Shown here: positions 32,461 to 45,936 of the stretch, piece after piece | Numbering within the stretch: position 1 is the first letter of the stretch | How the letters are laid out: the number at the start of each line of letters is the position of its first letter | Assembly (NCBI GenBank): GCA_964415305.1 | Contig: CAYPZE010000001.1 | Coordinates: 456-64,455, forward strand | Origin: an uncultured Methylotenera sp. | GTDB taxonomy: Bacteria; Pseudomonadota; Gammaproteobacteria; Burkholderiales; Methylophilaceae | Reading direction: 5' to 3' | Length of the DNA: 64,000 nt | Translations under genes and position numbers: made by a program | The notes under the pieces: model-generated | The model's input: only the letters and a program-made list of their open reading frames with translations | What the model was told of the DNA's origin: nothing | Database searches by the model: none

Positions 32461-35400
32461 ATGAAAGCGTTATTAGATTTATTTAAACAGGTTACGCAAG
32501 AAGAAGAGTTCGACGCGATCAAGATCGCGCTGGCTTCACCTGAAAAAATCCGTTCATGGTCCTATGGCGAAGTGAAAAAGCCAGAAACCATCAACTACCG
32601 TACCTTCAAACCTGAGCGGGACGGTTTGTTCTGCTCCAAAATCTTTGGCCCAATCAAGGATTACGAGTGCTTGTGCGGTAAATACAAGCGTTTGAAACAC
32701 CGCGGTGTGATTTGCGAAAAGTGTGGCGTTGAAGTCACCTTGAGCAAAGTACGTCGTGAGCGTATGGGCCACATCGAGCTGGCTTCGCCAGTGGCGCACA
32801 TCTGGTTCCTGAAATCCCTGCCTAGTCGCTTGGGTATGGTGCTGGATATCGCCCTGCGTGACATCGAGCGCGTGTTGTACTTTGAAGCATTTATCGTCAT
32901 CGATCCAGGCATGACACCGCTGACGCGTGGTCAATTGCTGACTGAAGATGATTACCTGGCCAAGGTAGAAGAGTACGGTGACGAATTCAATGCCGTGATG
33001 GGTGCTGAAGCGGTGCGCGAATTACTGCGTACGATGGACATTGAGCGCGAAATCGAGAAGTTGCGTAGCGAATTGTCTGCGACCAGCTCAGAAGCCAAGA
33101 TCAAGAAGATCGCCAAGCGCCTGAAAGTGCTGGAAGCGTTCCAGAAATCTGGGATTAAGCCAGAGTGGATGATCCTGGAAATCTTGCCAGTGTTGCCACC
33201 TGAGTTGCGCCCATTGGTGCCACTGGATGGCGGCCGTTTTGCGACGTCTGACCTCAACGATCTGTATCGTCGCGTGATCAACCGTAACAACCGTTTGAAG
33301 CGTTTGTTAGAGTTGAAAGCCCCGGAAATCATCGTCCGTAACGAAAAACGGATGTTGCAAGAAGCGGTAGACTCACTGCTGGACAACGGTCGTCGCGGTA
33401 AAGTGATGACTGGCGCTAACAAGCGTCCGCTGAAGTCACTGGCTGACATGATTAAAGGTAAGGGCGGTCGTTTCCGTCAGAACTTGCTGGGTAAACGCGT
33501 GGACTACTCTGGTCGTTCCGTGATTGTGGTGGGTCCAACCCTGAAGCTGCACCAGTGCGGTCTGCCGAAGAAAATGGCGCTTGAGCTGTTCAAGCCTTTC
33601 ATTTTCCACAAGCTGGAAGTATTAGGCCTGGCGACAACCATCAAAGCCGCCAAGAAGAAAGTGGAAGAAGAAGGACCAGAAGTCTGGGATATCCTGGAAG
33701 ACGTGATCCGTGAGCATCCGGTGTTGTTGAACCGTGCGCCTACGCTGCACCGTCTGGGTATCCAGGCCTTTGAACCAGTCTTGATCGAAGGTAAAGCGAT
33801 CCAATTGCACCCATTGGTGTGTTCAGCCTTTAACGCCGACTTTGACGGTGACCAAATGGCGGTACACGTTCCATTGAGTCTGGAAGCACAAATGGAAGCA
33901 CGCACCTTGATGCTGGCTTCTAACAACGTGCTGTCTCCAGCCAACGGTGAACCAATCATCGTGCCGTCACAGGATATCGTGTTGGGTCTGTACTACATGA
34001 CCCGCGAGAAAGTGGCTGCCCGCGGTGAAGGCATGATCTTCAGTGACATTAAAGAAGTACAACGTGTATACGATCAAGGTTTGATCGACTTGCACGCTAA
34101 AGTCACTGTGCGTATCCGTGAGTTTGAGTTGGATGTCGCGGGTCAGAAAGTTGAAAAAATCAACCGTTATAACACCACGGTTGGTCGTGCTCTGTTGTCT
34201 GAAATCCTGCCACCAGGTTTGCCATACAGCTACATCGACAAAGCGCTGAAGAAAAAAGAAATTTCACGCCTGATTAACGCCAGTTTCCGTAAAGTGGGCA
34301 TCCGTGAAACAGTGATTTTTGCTGACAAACTGATGTACACCGGTTACTCCTACGCCACCAAAGCCGGTATCTCTATCAGCATTAACGATATGTTAGTGCC
34401 ACCAGAGAAAGAGCAATTGATCGCAGCGGCGGATGCTGAAGTGAAAGAGATCGAAGACCAATACGTCTCCGGTCTGGTGACACAAGGTGAGCGTTACAAC
34501 AAAGTGGTCGACATCTGGGGTCGCGCCGGTGACAAAGTGGCTGATGCCATGATGAAACAGTTGCGTGAAGAAGATGTGAAAGACAGCGACGGCAATGTGG
34601 TGACTAAAGACGGTAAAGCTGTTCGTCAGGAATCGTTTAACGCGATTTACATGATGGCCGACTCCGGCGCCCGTGGTTCTGCAGCGCAGGTGCGTCAGCT
34701 GGCTGGTATGCGTGGCCTGATGGCGAAACCGGATGGTTCCATTATTGAAACGCCAATTAAGGCGAACTTCCGCGATGGCCTGAACGTGTTGCAATACTTT
34801 ATTTCTACCCACGGTGCACGTAAGGGTCTGGCCGATACGGCACTGAAAACAGCGAACTCCGGTTACCTGACACGTCGTTTGGTAGACGTGACGCAAGACT
34901 TGGTAGTGACCGAGCATGATTGCGGTACGGTTGAAGGCTTGGTTACCAAGGCATTAGTCAAGGGCGGTGAAGTGGTTGAACCGTTGCATGACCGTATCTT
35001 GGGCCGTACTTCTGCGCTGGATGTCATCCATCCTGAAACGCAAGAAGTGGTTTTCCCGGCCGGTACCTTGCTGGGTGAAGACGAAGTTGAGAAAATCGAT
35101 GCCCTAGGTATTGATGAAGTGAAAGTGCGTACAGCGCTGACTTGCGATACCCGTTACGGTATTTGTGCCAAGTGCTACGGTCGTGACCTGGGTCGCGGCA
35201 AACTCATCAGCATGGGTGAAGCCGTTGGCGTGATTGCGGCGCAATCGATTGGTGAACCGGGTACACAGTTGACCATGCGTACGTTCCACATCGGTGGTGC
35301 GGTATCACGTGCAGCGTCTGTATCTCAGGTTGAGAGCAAGTCTAACGGTATTGCCAGCTTCACTTCAACCATGCGTTACGTGACGAACTCACGTGGCGAG

Positions 35401-36720
35401 CAAATTGTGATCTCCCGTAACGGTGAAGTCATTATTGCCGATGATAATGGTCGTGAGCGTGAGCGTCATAAAGTGCCTTATGGTGCGACATTGACAGTCA
35501 CCGACGGTAAAACGGTCAAAGCAGGTCAAGCCTTGGCGACTTGGGATCCGCATACCCGTCCGATTATTACTGAATACGCGGGTCAAATTAAATTTGAAAA
35601 CGTGGAAGAAGGTATCACTGTTGCGAAACAGATCGATGAAGTGACTGGTTTGTCATCCCTGGTGGTGATCGATCCTAAGCAGCGTGCTGGTCAAACCAAA
35701 GGTCTGCGTCCACAGGTTAAATTGCTGGATGCCAATGGCGTGGAAGTGAAAATTGCTGGTACCGAAACACCAGTCAATGTGACCTTCCAGTTGGGTTGTA
35801 TCATTACGGTGAAAGACGGTCAGGAAGTTGGCGTGGGTGAAGTGCTGGCACGTATCCCGCAAGAATCTTCCAAAACCCGTGATATTACCGGGGGTCTGCC
35901 ACGCGTGGCTGAGCTGTTCGAAGCCCGTTCACCAAAAGACGCTGGTATGCTGGCCGAAGTGACTGGTACGGTTTCTTTCGGTAAGGACACCAAAGGTAAA
36001 CAACGTCTGGTCATCACTGACCTGGACGGTATTACCAGCGAGTTCCTGATTGCTAAGGACAAGCACGTGACTGCGCATGACGGTCAAGTGGTAACCAAAG
36101 GTGAAACCATTGTCGACGGTCCGGCAGATCCGCAAGATATCTTGCGCCTGCAAGGTCGTGAAGCATTGGCCCGTTACATCATCGACGAAGTGCAAGACGT
36201 TTACCGTTTGCAAGGCGTGAAGATTAACGATAAACACATTGAAGTGATTGTGCGCCAGATGTTGCGTCGCGTAAAAGTACAAGACGCGGGTGACACCGGT
36301 TTCATTCCTGGTGAGCAAGTAGAACGTGCTGATCTGTTGACAGAAAACGAACGCGTGATTGCCGAAGACAAACGTCCGGCCACTTTTGAGTACGTGTTGT
36401 TGGGTATTACCAAAGCATCGCTGTCTACCGATTCGTTCATCTCTGCGGCATCGTTCCAGGAAACGACTCGCGTGTTGACCGAAGCGGCTATTTTGGGCAA
36501 ACGCGACGATCTGCGTGGCCTGAAAGAAAACGTGATTGTGGGTCGCCTGATTCCAGCCGGTACCGGTCTGGCTTATCACGAGTCTCGCAAGCGTGCAGCC
36601 GTGGCTTCGCTGACACCAAATGCAGCAGAGCCATCTGAAGCATTGTTGGCGGCAGAAGCGATGTTTGCAACTGAAGCCGTTGTTGAGGAAGTCGCAGCAG
36701 ACGACCAGCCGAACGAATAA
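32461..36720 (+). CDS. rpoC: RNA polymerase beta' subunit
   Basis: [10 protein letters not shown], zinc-finger Cys motifs. Confidence 0.99.
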   Translation: MKALLDLFKQVTQEEEFDAIKIALASPEKIRSWSYGEVKKPETINYRTFKPERDGLFCSKIFGPIKDYECLCGKYKRLKHRGVICEKCGVEVTLSKVRRERMGHIELASPVAHIWFLKSLPSRLGMVLDIALRDIERVLYFEAFIVIDPGMTPLTRGQLLTEDDYLAKVEEYGDEFNAVMGAEAVRELLRTMDIEREIEKLRSELSATSSEAKIKKIAKRLKVLEAFQKSGIKPEWMILEILPVLPPELRPLVPLDGGRFATSDLNDLYRRVINRNNRLKRLLELKAPEIIVRNEKRMLQEAVDSLLDNGRRGKVMTGANKRPLKSLADMIKGKGGRFRQNLLGKRVDYSGRSVIVVGPTLKLHQCGLPKKMALELFKPFIFHKLEVLGLATTIKAAKKKVEEEGPEVWDILEDVIREHPVLLNRAPTLHRLGIQAFEPVLIEGKAIQLHPLVCSAFNADFDGDQMAVHVPLSLEAQMEARTLMLASNNVLSPANGEPIIVPSQDIVLGLYYMTREKVAARGEGMIFSDIKEVQRVYDQGLIDLHAKVTVRIREFELDVAGQKVEKINRYNTTVGRALLSEILPPGLPYSYIDKALKKKEISRLINASFRKVGIRETVIFADKLMYTGYSYATKAGISISINDMLVPPEKEQLIAAADAEVKEIEDQYVSGLVTQGERYNKVVDIWGRAGDKVADAMMKQLREEDVKDSDGNVVTKDGKAVRQESFNAIYMMADSGARGSAAQVRQLAGMRGLMAKPDGSIIETPIKANFRDGLNVLQYFISTHGARKGLADTALKTANSGYLTRRLVDVTQDLVVTEHDCGTVEGLVTKALVKGGEVVEPLHDRILGRTSALDVIHPETQEVVFPAGTLLGEDEVEKIDALGIDEVKVRTALTCDTRYGICAKCYGRDLGRGKLISMGEAVGVIAAQSIGEPGTQLTMRTFHIGGAVSRAASVSQVESKSNGIASFTSTMRYVTNSRGEQIVISRNGEVIIADDNGRERERHKVPYGATLTVTDGKTVKAGQALATWDPHTRPIITEYAGQIKFENVEEGITVAKQIDEVTGLSSLVVIDPKQRAGQTKGLRPQVKLLDANGVEVKIAGTETPVNVTFQLGCIITVKDGQEVGVGEVLARIPQESSKTRDITGGLPRVAELFEARSPKDAGMLAEVTGTVSFGKDTKGKQRLVITDLDGITSEFLIAKDKHVTAHDGQVVTKGETIVDGPADPQDILRLQGREALARYIIDEVQDVYRLQGVKINDKHIEVIVRQMLRRVKVQDAGDTGFIPGEQVERADLLTENERVIAEDKRPATFEYVLLGITKASLSTDSFISAASFQETTRVLTEAAILGKRDDLRGLKENVIVGRLIPAGTGLAYHESRKRAAVASLTPNAAEPSEALLAAEAMFATEAVVEEVAADDQPNE

Positions 36721-36770
36721 TTCGATCACTATTGTCTCTGTGTGCAAGGGGTGTCAAGTATGAATAATGC

Positions 36771-36799
36771 TTGACACCCCTTGACTCATTTATTAAAAT
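36771..36799 (+). promoter_or_regulatory. str operon promoter
   Basis: TTGACA, 17 nt spacer, TAAAAT; the -35 lies in the right arm of IR 36745-36783. Confidence 0.8.
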
Positions 36800-36914
36800 G
36801 CTGGGTTTCTCAGAATAGCCTTATTGTCTCAATAAGGCGTTATTGTTGATATGCCGCCAAACTTGAGTCTTCCTGCTCAAATGGTGGTTTTTTAAAGGTG
36901 AAGAGGTTAAGGCA

Positions 36915-37298
36915 ATGCCAACCATTAATCAGTTAATACGTAAGCCACGCGTTAAAGTGGTTACCAAGAGCAAGGTTCCAGCCCTGGAAGCTTGTCCTCA
37001 AAAGCGTGGTGTGTGTACCCGTGTATACACAACAACGCCAAAAAAACCAAACTCCGCGTTGCGTAAGGTCGCTAAAGTGCGCCTGACCAACGGTTACGAA
37101 GTGATTAGCTACATCGGCGGTGAAGGCCATAACCTGCAGGAGCACTCTGTTGTGCTGTTGCGCGGCGGTCGTGTAAAAGACTTGCCAGGTGTGCGTTACC
37201 ACATGGTGCGCGGTAGCTTGGATACGGCTGGTGTGAAAGACCGTAAACAGTCCCGTTCCAAATACGGTGCTAAGCGTCCTAAAGAAGCTAAAGCTTAA
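36915..37298 (+). CDS. rpsL: 30S protein S12
   Basis: [17 protein letters not shown]. Confidence 0.99.
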   Translation: MPTINQLIRKPRVKVVTKSKVPALEACPQKRGVCTRVYTTTPKKPNSALRKVAKVRLTNGYEVISYIGGEGHNLQEHSVVLLRGGRVKDLPGVRYHMVRGSLDTAGVKDRKQSRSKYGAKRPKEAKA

Positions 37299-37396
37299 TT
37301 TAGCGCGTTTGTCCGGACGAATTGTCCATTTTTATAGCGGCTGAAATGCCTTGCGAGTGTCATTGCTAGCAAAAATTTAATTGAAAAGAGAATCAT

Positions 37397-37867
37397 ATGC
37401 CAAGACGTAGAGAAGTCCCTAAACGTATTATCTTGCCGGATCCAAAATTTGGTAGCCAGGAAGTGTCCAAGTTTGTAAATGTGCTGATGACAGGTGGTAA
37501 AAAATCTGTTGCTGAACGTATCATTTACGGTGCCTTTGATCAGGTGGCCAGCAAGAGCGGTAAGGACCCGCTGGAATTATTCACCACAGCGTTGAATAAT
37601 CTGCGTCCTGTTGTTGAAGTGAAGAGTCGCCGTGTGGGTGGTGCAAACTACCAGGTGCCTGTAGAAGTGCGTCCTAGCCGTCGTAGTGCGTTGGCCATGC
37701 GTTGGTTGCGTGATGCGGCGCGTAAGCGTGGCGAAAAATCCATGGGCCTGCGTTTGGCTGCCGAGTTGATCGAAGCCTCTGAAGGTCGTGGTTCTGCAAT
37801 GAAAAAACGTGAAGAAGTTCACCGTATGGCAGAGGCAAACAAAGCCTTCTCACACTTCCGTTTTTAA
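37397..37867 (+). CDS. rpsG: 30S protein S7
   Basis: [12 protein letters not shown]. Confidence 0.99.
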   Translation: MPRRREVPKRIILPDPKFGSQEVSKFVNVLMTGGKKSVAERIIYGAFDQVASKSGKDPLELFTTALNNLRPVVEVKSRRVGGANYQVPVEVRPSRRSALAMRWLRDAARKRGEKSMGLRLAAELIEASEGRGSAMKKREEVHRMAEANKAFSHFRF

Positions 37868-37922
37868 TTAAACGACCTCGTTCTTTAATAATTAGTTGAA
37901 TTGATAGCAAAGGTAAAGCATC

Positions 37923-40016
37923 GTGGCACGTAAAACCCCTATTGAACGCTACCGTAATATTGGTATTTCTGCGCATATTGACGCAGGTAAAACAACCACG
38001 ACAGAACGTATTCTGTTCTACACTGGTGTAAACCATAAGATTGGTGAAGTGCACGACGGTGCAGCGACCATGGACTGGATGGAGCAAGAGCAGGAGCGTG
38101 GTATTACCATTACTTCTGCGGCAACCACCTGTTTCTGGAAAGGCATGGACCTGTCTTTGCCTGAGCATCGATTCAACATTATTGATACCCCTGGGCACGT
38201 TGACTTCACGATTGAAGTTGAGCGTTCTATGCGTGTGCTGGATGGCGCTTGCATGGTGTACTGTGCGGTGGGTGGTGTGCAGCCTCAGTCTGAGACTGTT
38301 TGGCGTCAAGCCAATAAATACAAAGTGCCACGTCTGGCCTTTGTGAACAAAATGGACCGTTCAGGTGCTGACTTCTTTAAAGTAGTTGAGCAAATGAAAA
38401 CTCGCCTGCGTGCGAGTCCCGTGCCTATCGTGATTCCTATTGGTCGCGAAGATACTTTCACTGGCGTGGTTGATCTGATCAAAATGAAAGCCATCATCTG
38501 GGATGAGGCTTCTCAAGGCATGAAATTCACATACGGTGATATTCCGGCTGATCTGGTAGAAACCGCCAAGAAATGGCGCGAGCAAATGGTTGAGTCTGCT
38601 GCTGAAGCCAGCGAAGAGCTGATGAATAAATACCTGGAAAATGGTGATCTGGAAGAAAAAGACATCGTTTTTGGTATCCGTACACGTACGATTGCTGGTG
38701 AAATTCAGCCAATGTTGTGCGGCTCAGCATTTAAAAACAAAGGCGTGCAACGTATGTTGGACGCGGTTGTTGACTTCCTGCCTTCTCCAATCGACATTCC
38801 GGATGTCACGGGTGAAGATGATGACGGCAAACCAGCTAGCCGTAAAGCTGACGACAAAGAAGGCTTCTCTGCATTGGCATTTAAATTGATGACTGACCCG
38901 TTTGTTGGTCAGCTGACATTTATCCGTGTGTACTCTGGCGTGTTGAACAAAGGTGATACCGTGCTCAACTCTGTGAAGGGTAAAAAAGAGCGTATTGGCC
39001 GTATCGTACAGATGCACGCTAACAACCGTGAAGAGGTTGAAGAAGTGTTGGCTGGTGACATCGCCGCCTGTATCGGTTTGAAAGACGTGACCACAGGTGA
39101 ATCTCTGTGCTCACCAGATAAGCCTATCATTCTCGAGCGTATGGTGTTCCCGGAGCCAGTGATTCACGTGGCTGTAGAGCCAAAAACCAAGAGCGACCAG
39201 GAGAAAATGGGCTTGGCCTTGGGCCGTTTGGCACAAGAAGATCCTTCATTCCGTGTACGTTCCGATGAAGAGTCTGGCCAGACGATTATTTCCGGTATGG
39301 GTGAATTGCACCTGGAAATTCTGGTAGACCGCATGCGTCGTGAGTTCAACGTTGAAGCCAACGTAGGTGCGCCACAAGTGGCATACCGTGAAGCGATCCG
39401 TAAGTCTGTTGAAGTTGAAGGCAAGTTCGTTAAGCAGTCCGGTGGTAAGGGTCAATACGGTCACGTATGGCTCAAAATGGAGCCTAACGAAGCTGGTAAG
39501 GGCTTTGAGTTCGTTGACCAGATTAAAGGTGGTACCGTGCCGCGTGAATTCATTCCTGCGGTTGAAAAAGGTCTGCGTGAAACCATTCCTGCAGGTATCT
39601 TGGCGGGCTTCCCGGTCGTTGACGTAAAAGTGACGTTGTTTGATGGTTCATACCATGACGTTGACTCTAACGAAAACGCCTTTAAGATGGCTGCTTCTAT
39701 CGGCTTTAAAGATGGTATGCGTAAAGCGGATCCAGTCTTGCTGGAGCCTATGATGGCCGTTGAAGTGGAAACGCCTGAAGATTACATGGGTGATGTGATG
39801 GGTGACTTGTCATCTCGTCGCGGTATCATCCAGGGTATGGATGACATGCCTGGCGGTGGTAAAGCCATTAAAGCTGAAGTGCCACTGTCTGAAATGTTTG
39901 GTTACTCCACTGTGGTTCGTTCCTTGTCACAAGGTCGCGCGACTTACAGCATGGAATTCAAGCATTACTCCGATGCGCCGAAAAACGTTGCTGATGCAAT
40001 CATCAACAAAAAATAA
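37923..40016 (+). CDS. fusA: Elongation factor G
   Basis: [14 protein letters not shown]; GTG start. Confidence 0.99.
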   Translation: MARKTPIERYRNIGISAHIDAGKTTTTERILFYTGVNHKIGEVHDGAATMDWMEQEQERGITITSAATTCFWKGMDLSLPEHRFNIIDTPGHVDFTIEVERSMRVLDGACMVYCAVGGVQPQSETVWRQANKYKVPRLAFVNKMDRSGADFFKVVEQMKTRLRASPVPIVIPIGREDTFTGVVDLIKMKAIIWDEASQGMKFTYGDIPADLVETAKKWREQMVESAAEASEELMNKYLENGDLEEKDIVFGIRTRTIAGEIQPMLCGSAFKNKGVQRMLDAVVDFLPSPIDIPDVTGEDDDGKPASRKADDKEGFSALAFKLMTDPFVGQLTFIRVYSGVLNKGDTVLNSVKGKKERIGRIVQMHANNREEVEEVLAGDIAACIGLKDVTTGESLCSPDKPIILERMVFPEPVIHVAVEPKTKSDQEKMGLALGRLAQEDPSFRVRSDEESGQTIISGMGELHLEILVDRMRREFNVEANVGAPQVAYREAIRKSVEVEGKFVKQSGGKGQYGHVWLKMEPNEAGKGFEFVDQIKGGTVPREFIPAVEKGLRETIPAGILAGFPVVDVKVTLFDGSYHDVDSNENAFKMAASIGFKDGMRKADPVLLEPMMAVEVETPEDYMGDVMGDLSSRRGIIQGMDDMPGGGKAIKAEVPLSEMFGYSTVVRSLSQGRATYSMEFKHYSDAPKNVADAIINKK

Positions 40017-40066
40017 TTAATTTTTAAGTATTAAATTTAAAAGTATTGAATTAAAGGAAAAACATC

Positions 40067-41257
40067 ATGGCAAAAGGCAAATTTGAACGTACCAAGCCAC
40101 ACGTGAACGTTGGTACGATTGGTCACGTTGACCACGGTAAGACGACATTGACAGCGGCGATCACCACTGTATTGACGAAGAAATTTGGCGGTGAAGCAAA
40201 AGCTTACGACCAAATTGACGCTGCACCAGAAGAAAAAGCGCGTGGTATTACGATTAACACAGCCCACGTTGAGTACGAGACAGCCACCCGTCACTACGCA
40301 CACGTTGACTGTCCAGGTCACGCTGACTACGTTAAAAACATGATTACCGGTGCTGCTCAGATGGACGGCGCGATCTTGGTATGTTCTGCTGCTGACGGCC
40401 CAATGCCACAAACACGTGAGCACATCCTGTTGGCCCGCCAGGTTGGTGTTCCATACATCGTTGTGTTCCTGAACAAAGCCGACATGGTTGACGATGCTGA
40501 GTTGTTGGAGCTGGTAGAGATGGAAGTGCGTGACTTGCTGAGCAAGTATGACTTCCCAGGTGATGACACCCCAATCGTTCACGGTTCAGCTAAATTGGCG
40601 CTGGAAGGCGACCAATCAGACATCGGCGAACCAGCCATTTTCAAATTGGCTGACGCGTTGGACAGCTACATCCCAACTCCAGAGCGCGCAATCGACGGCG
40701 CATTCCTGATGCCAGTAGAAGACGTATTCTCTATTTCTGGTCGTGGTACTGTGGTGACTGGCCGTATTGAGCGTGGTATCGTTAAAGTCGGCGACGAAAT
40801 TGAAATCGTTGGTATCAAGCCAACTTTGAAAACCACCTGTACTGGTGTTGAAATGTTCCGTAAACTGCTGGACCAAGGTCAAGCAGGCGACAACGTAGGC
40901 GTATTGCTGCGTGGTACTAAGCGTGAAGAAGTTGAGCGTGGTCAAGTATTGTCCAAATCAGGTTCTATCAAGCCACACACCAAGTTCACAGCAGAGATCT
41001 ACGTGTTGGGTAAAGATGAAGGTGGTCGTCATACCCCATTCTTCAACGGCTACCGTCCACAGTTCTACTTCCGTACGACTGACGTAACTGGTGCAGTTGA
41101 ATTGCCAGCAGGTACCGAAATGGTGATGCCAGGTGACAACGTATCAATCTCAGTGGCGCTGATCGCTCCAATCGCGATGGAAGAAGGCTTGCGCTTCGCT
41201 ATCCGTGAAGGTGGTCGTACCGTTGGTGCTGGCGTCGTTGCCAAAATCATCGAGTAA
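40067..41257 (+). CDS. tuf: Elongation factor Tu (copy 2)
   Basis: Protein identical to copy 1. Confidence 0.99.
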   Translation: MAKGKFERTKPHVNVGTIGHVDHGKTTLTAAITTVLTKKFGGEAKAYDQIDAAPEEKARGITINTAHVEYETATRHYAHVDCPGHADYVKNMITGAAQMDGAILVCSAADGPMPQTREHILLARQVGVPYIVVFLNKADMVDDAELLELVEMEVRDLLSKYDFPGDDTPIVHGSAKLALEGDQSDIGEPAIFKLADALDSYIPTPERAIDGAFLMPVEDVFSISGRGTVVTGRIERGIVKVGDEIEIVGIKPTLKTTCTGVEMFRKLLDQGQAGDNVGVLLRGTKREEVERGQVLSKSGSIKPHTKFTAEIYVLGKDEGGRHTPFFNGYRPQFYFRTTDVTGAVELPAGTEMVMPGDNVSISVALIAPIAMEEGLRFAIREGGRTVGAGVVAKIIE

Positions 41258-41268
41258 TTATCGTTATG

Positions 41269-41295
41269 AGCGGCAGGGTTATCCTGCCGCTTTTT
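41269..41295 (+). terminator. Terminator/attenuator between tuf and rpsJ
   Basis: agcggcagg-gttat-cctgccgct followed by tttt. Confidence 0.75.
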
Positions 41296-41315
41296 GCTCT
41301 TTTTAAGGAAAAAAC

Positions 41316-41624
41316 ATGGCAGCTCAAAAAATTCGTATCCGTCTGAAAGCATTTGACTATCGTTTGATCGACCAATCTGCTTTGGAAATCGTTGATACTG
41401 CGAAACGTACTGGTGCAGTTGTTAAAGGTCCAGTGCCATTGCCAACACGTATCGAGCGCTTTGACATTCTGCGTTCACCGCACGTGAACAAAACTTCCCG
41501 TGACCAGTTTGAAATCCGTACCCATCAGCGTTTGATGGACATCGTGGATCCAACAGACAAAACGGTTGATGCATTGATGAAGCTGGATCTGCCAGCTGGC
41601 GTGGATGTAGAAATTAAGTTGTAA
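41316..41624 (+). CDS. rpsJ: 30S protein S10
   Basis: [23 protein letters not shown]. Confidence 0.99.
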   Translation: MAAQKIRIRLKAFDYRLIDQSALEIVDTAKRTGAVVKGPVPLPTRIERFDILRSPHVNKTSRDQFEIRTHQRLMDIVDPTDKTVDALMKLDLPAGVDVEIKL

Positions 41625-41655
41625 TTGCAAATAACCTTTTCGAATGAAAAGGTTA

Positions 41656-41690
41656 TTGTCAAATCTAGAATAGTTCGGTATAATCCGCGC
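41656..41690 (+). promoter_or_regulatory. Promoter between rpsJ and rplC
   Basis: TTGTCA (41656-61), 17 nt spacer, TATAAT (41679-84), discriminator ccgcgc. Confidence 0.85.
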
Positions 41691-41746
41691 TCTTCGGTGG
41701 ACGGTCAATTGTAATCGTCCACTTTAACTATTATAAGGAACTGATC

Positions 41747-42397
41747 ATGAGCTTAGGGCTTATTGGTCGCAAAGTGGGCATGACCCGCATTTTTACAGAT
41801 GAAGGCGCAAGCATTCCTGTAACGGTGCTGGAAGTGATTCCTAACCGCGTGACACAAGTTAAGACAGTCGCAACGGATGGCTATACAGGCCTGCAGGTTG
41901 CTTACGGTGAGCGTCGTGCCAGCCGTATCAACAAAGCGTTGACTGGTCACTTTGCCAAGGCTGGCGTAACTGCTGGTGCTGGTATCAAAGAATTCAATGT
42001 GGCTGAAGATGTATTGGCTAACTTCCAAGTAGGTGGAAATGTCACTGTTGATATTTTCTCTGTTGGTCAGTTGGTTGATGTGACGGGTACTTCCATCGGT
42101 AAAGGTTTTGCCGGTGCAATCAAGCGTCATAACTTCTCCTCTAACCGTGCTTCTCACGGTAACTCACGTTCGCACAACGTACCAGGCTCTATCGGTATGG
42201 CGCAGGATCCAGGTCGAGTATTCCCTGGTAAGCGCATGCCTGGCCATTTGGGTGATGCTAAAGTCACTACCCAAAACCTGGAAATCGTTCGTGTAGACGC
42301 AGAGCGTAACCTGTTGTTGATTAAAGGTTCCGTACCTGGCTCCAAAGGTGGCAATGTCGTTGTACGTCCAGCCATCAAAGCGAAAGGGGCTAAATAA
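41747..42397 (+). CDS. rplC: 50S protein L3
   Basis: [23 protein letters not shown]. Confidence 0.98.
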   Translation: MSLGLIGRKVGMTRIFTDEGASIPVTVLEVIPNRVTQVKTVATDGYTGLQVAYGERRASRINKALTGHFAKAGVTAGAGIKEFNVAEDVLANFQVGGNVTVDIFSVGQLVDVTGTSIGKGFAGAIKRHNFSSNRASHGNSRSHNVPGSIGMAQDPGRVFPGKRMPGHLGDAKVTTQNLEIVRVDAERNLLLIKGSVPGSKGGNVVVRPAIKAKGAK

Positions 42398-43023
42398 TGG
42401 AATTGAAATTAATCGATCAAAACGGCAAAGTAGCTAAAAAAGGCGTTGATGCGTCTGACGTTACTTTTGGTCGTGAGTTTAACGAGTCTTTGGTGCATGA
42501 AGTGGTTGTTGCCTACATGGCAAATGCCCGTACTGCGACTCGCGCACAAAAAACACGTGCTACTGTTGCTCACACGACACATAAGCCATATGCACAAAAA
42601 GGGACTGGTAACGCCCGTGCCGGTATGGCATCCAGCCCGATCTGGCGCGGAGGCGGTCGTGCATTCCCAAACAGCCCTAACGAAAACTACAGCCACAAAG
42701 TAAACCGTAAGGCTTACCGTGCTGGCATGCAGACTATTTTGTCTGAGTTAGTTCGTCAGGACCGTTTGAAGGTAGTAGACAATTTCACGATTGATGCACC
42801 TAAAACTAAACAATTCGTACAAAAAATCAATGCTCTGGGCATCGATGGCGGTGTATTGCTGTTGACTGACGGTTTTGATGAGAACTTGTACTTGTCTTCC
42901 CGTAACCTGCCAAACGTATTGGTGGTTGAAGCGCAGTATGCTGATCCAGTAAGTCTGGTGCGTTTCCCTAACGTTTTGGTCACAGCCAATGCTGTGAAAA
43001 AACTTGAGGAGATCTTGGCATGA
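42397..43023 (+). CDS. rplD: 50S protein L4
   Basis: [15 protein letters not shown]. Confidence 0.98.
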   Translation: MELKLIDQNGKVAKKGVDASDVTFGREFNESLVHEVVVAYMANARTATRAQKTRATVAHTTHKPYAQKGTGNARAGMASSPIWRGGGRAFPNSPNENYSHKVNRKAYRAGMQTILSELVRQDRLKVVDNFTIDAPKTKQFVQKINALGIDGGVLLLTDGFDENLYLSSRNLPNVLVVEAQYADPVSLVRFPNVLVTANAVKKLEEILA

Positions 43024-43334
43024 TTACCGCAGCAACTAAAACACAAGATCGTTTATTGCAAGTGATTTTGGCGCCTCAGATTACTGAAAAAGCAACCTTC
43101 ATTGCTGACAAACATCAGCAAATTGCTTTCAAAGTACGCACTGACGCGACTAAGCCAGAAATTAAAGCGGCTGTTGAACTGGTGTTCAAAGTCGAAGTGG
43201 CTTCTGTATCTGTGATTAACGTCGCAGGTAAAGTGAAGCGTGCTGGTCGTCGTATCGGTAAGCGTAACGACTGGAAGAAAGCTTATGTAAGCTTGAAACC
43301 AGGTCAAGAAATTAACTTTGCAGCTGGCGAATAA
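43020..43334 (+). CDS. rplW: 50S protein L23
   Basis: PQITEKA, WKKAYV. Confidence 0.98.
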   Translation: MITAATKTQDRLLQVILAPQITEKATFIADKHQQIAFKVRTDATKPEIKAAVELVFKVEVASVSVINVAGKVKRAGRRIGKRNDWKKAYVSLKPGQEINFAAGE

Positions 43335-43345
43335 GGAGAGAAGAC

Positions 43346-44179
43346 ATGGCATTAGTTAAAGTCAAACCAACTTCCCCCGGTCGTCGCGGTGTATTGAAAG
43401 TTGTTACACCAGATTTGCACAAAGGCAAACCTTACGCGCCACTGTTGGAAAGTCAAAGTAAAAACGCAGGTCGTAACAACAACGGTCGCATTACAACCCG
43501 TCACCAAGGTGGTGGTCATAAGCAGCACTATCGTATTGTTGACTTCCGTCGCAATAAAGATGGTATCCCTGCGACTGTTGAGCGTATTGAGTACGATCCA
43601 AACCGTACGGCGAACATTGCACTGCTGTGCTACGCCGATGGTGAGCGTCGTTACATCATTGCACCACGTGGCATTGCTGCCGGTGCGCAATTGATCAGCG
43701 GTTCTGAAGCACCTATCCGTGCTGGTAATGCATTGCCTTTGCGCAACATTCCAGTGGGTAGCACGATTCACTGCATCGAAATTCAACCAGGCAAAGGTGC
43801 TCAAATCGCCCGTTCAGCAGGTACTTCAGTACAGTTGCTGGCGCGTGAAGGTTCCTACGCTCAGTTGCGTTTGCGTTCCGGTGAAGTACGTCGTGTGCAC
43901 GTTGACTGCAAAGCCACATTGGGCGAAGTAGGCAACGAAGAGCACTCACTGCGTTCTATCGGTAAAGCTGGTGCAATGCGCTGGCGCGGTGTTCGTCCAA
44001 CTGTTCGCGGTGTGGTGATGAACCCGGTTGATCACCCGCACGGTGGTGGTGAAGGCCGTACAGCTGCTGGTATGAATCCTGTGTCACCATGGGGTCAGAA
44101 AACTAAGGGTTATCGTACTCGTAAGAATAAACGTACTGATAACATGCGTGTAAGTCGTCGTCCGAGAAATGTAAGGTAA
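43346..44179 (+). CDS. rplB: 50S protein L2
   Basis: [20 protein letters not shown]. Confidence 0.99.
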   Translation: MALVKVKPTSPGRRGVLKVVTPDLHKGKPYAPLLESQSKNAGRNNNGRITTRHQGGGHKQHYRIVDFRRNKDGIPATVERIEYDPNRTANIALLCYADGERRYIIAPRGIAAGAQLISGSEAPIRAGNALPLRNIPVGSTIHCIEIQPGKGAQIARSAGTSVQLLAREGSYAQLRLRSGEVRRVHVDCKATLGEVGNEEHSLRSIGKAGAMRWRGVRPTVRGVVMNPVDHPHGGGEGRTAAGMNPVSPWGQKTKGYRTRKNKRTDNMRVSRRPRNVR

Positions 44180-44184
44180 TCGCT

Positions 44185-44460
44185 ATGGCACGTTCTATTA
44201 AAAAAGGTCCATTTGTGGACGCTCACTTGGCTAAGAAAGTCGAAACTGCCACTGCGAACCGCGACAGAAAACCAATCAAAACTTGGTCACGTCGTTCGAC
44301 TGTATTGCCAAACTTTATTGGTTTAACCATCGCAGTGCACAACGGTAGACAGCATGTGCCTGTGCTGATTTCTGAAAACATGGTTGGTCACAAGCTCGGT
44401 GAATTTGCGTTGACGCGCACATTCAAGGGCCACGCGGCTGATAAAAAAGCGAAGAAGTAA
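44185..44460 (+). CDS. rpsS: 30S protein S19
   Basis: KTWSRRS, GHKLGEF. Confidence 0.99.
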   Translation: MARSIKKGPFVDAHLAKKVETATANRDRKPIKTWSRRSTVLPNFIGLTIAVHNGRQHVPVLISENMVGHKLGEFALTRTFKGHAADKKAKK

Positions 44461-44470
44461 GGGGCTGATT

Positions 44471-44809
44471 ATGCAAGTTACTGCAGTTTTAAGAGGCGTA
44501 CACCTTTCTCCGCAAAAAGCGCGTCTGGTGGCCGATCTTGTGCGTGGCAAAAAAGTAGATCAAGCACTGAACATCCTGGCATTCACACCTAAGCGTGGTG
44601 CCGAGATTATCAAAAAAGTGGTTTTGTCTGCGATTGCTAACGCCGAACATAATAACGGTGCTGATATCGACACATTGAAGGTGACTTCAATTTATGTGGA
44701 TAAAGGCTTGGTGATGAAGCGTATCCGTGCACGTGCAAAAGGTCGCGCTGGTCGTATTACGAAACCAACCTGTCATATTCATGTGACAGTCGGTGACTCA
44801 AAGGAATAA
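44471..44809 (+). CDS. rplV: 50S protein L22
   Basis: [23 protein letters not shown]. Confidence 0.98.
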   Translation: MQVTAVLRGVHLSPQKARLVADLVRGKKVDQALNILAFTPKRGAEIIKKVVLSAIANAEHNNGADIDTLKVTSIYVDKGLVMKRIRARAKGRAGRITKPTCHIHVTVGDSKE

Positions 44810-44810
44810 T

Positions 44811-45524
44811 ATGGGACAGAAAATTCATCCAATTGGGTTCCGTTTGAGCGTTCAGAAAAACTGGGCCTCACGTTGGTACTCTAATAGCCAGAACTTCCCT
44901 GCGATGTTGCAAGGCGACATCAAAGTGCGCGAGTTTCTGAACAAAAAATTGGCGAGCGCCGCGGTAAGTAAAATTATCATTGAGCGTCCAGCTAAAAACG
45001 CCAAAATTACGATTCACAGCGCCCGTCCAGGGGTTGTGATTGGTAAAAAAGGTGAAGACATCGAATCTTTGCGTTCTAGCTTGCAGGGCCTGATGGGCGT
45101 GCCAGTGCACCTGAACATTGAAGAAGTGCGTAAACCTGAATTGGACGCTACTTTGATTGCACAATCCATTGCTCAGCAATTGGAAAAACGTGTGATGTTC
45201 CGTCGTGCCATGAAGCGTGCCATGCAAAACGCCATGCGTTTGGGCGCACAAGGTATCAAGATCATGAGTTCCGGTCGTCTGAACGGTATCGAAATTGCAC
45301 GTACCGAGTGGTACCGTGAAGGCCGTGTGCCTTTGCATACACTGCGTGCTGATATCGACTACGGTGTGGCTGAAGCTTCAACCACCTACGGTATTATCGG
45401 AATTAAAGTTTGGGTATTCAAAGGCGAGATCTTCGGTGACAACGCTGCTAACGCTGCGGTTGCTGATGCTGAGCCAGAGAAAAAAGTAAGAAAGCCGAGG
45501 GCTAAAGATGCTGCAACCAGCTAG
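44811..45524 (+). CDS. rpsC: 30S protein S3
   Basis: [23 protein letters not shown]; ATG at 44811. Confidence 0.98.
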   Translation: MGQKIHPIGFRLSVQKNWASRWYSNSQNFPAMLQGDIKVREFLNKKLASAAVSKIIIERPAKNAKITIHSARPGVVIGKKGEDIESLRSSLQGLMGVPVHLNIEEVRKPELDATLIAQSIAQQLEKRVMFRRAMKRAMQNAMRLGAQGIKIMSSGRLNGIEIARTEWYREGRVPLHTLRADIDYGVAEASTTYGIIGIKVWVFKGEIFGDNAANAAVADAEPEKKVRKPRAKDAATS

Positions 45525-45924
45525 ACAGAAATACCGCAAGATGCAAAAGGGTCGCAATAAAGGTATTGCGACTACTGGTAACAAGGTGAGCTTTGGTGAA
45601 TTTGGTTTGAAAGCGATCGGTCGCGGTCGTTTGACAGCGCGCCAGATTGAAGCTGCTCGTCGTGTGATGACTCGTCACATTAAACGTGGTGGCCGCGTTT
45701 GGATTCGTGTGTTCCCGGATCAACCGATCTCTAAGAAACCTGCTGAAGTACGTATGGGTAACGGTAAAGGTAGCGTGGACTACTACATCGCCCAGATTCA
45801 ACCAGGCAAAATGCTGTACGAAATGGATGGCGTGAGCGAAGAGCTGGCACGTGAGGCTTTCAGATTGGCCGCTGCCAAGCTGCCAGTCGAAACTACATTC
45901 ATGACCCGTCAAATTGGCAGTTAA
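45508..45924 (+). CDS. rplP: 50S protein L16
   Basis: [14 protein letters not shown]. Confidence 0.98.
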   Translation: MLQPARQKYRKMQKGRNKGIATTGNKVSFGEFGLKAIGRGRLTARQIEAARRVMTRHIKRGGRVWIRVFPDQPISKKPAEVRMGNGKGSVDYYIAQIQPGKMLYEMDGVSEELAREAFRLAAAKLPVETTFMTRQIGS

Positions 45925-45936
45925 GGAGTAGTAACG

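Noticed and set aside
25731-36747. Long antisense ORFs (e.g. 25731-26483, 26038-26838, 35929-36747)
   Set aside because: Shadow frames produced by codon bias of highly expressed genes; no recognisable motifs.
29850-37200. Possible resistance alleles in the rpoB rifampicin region and rpsL
   Set aside because: Both read as wild-type; MurA also keeps its fosfomycin-target Cys.
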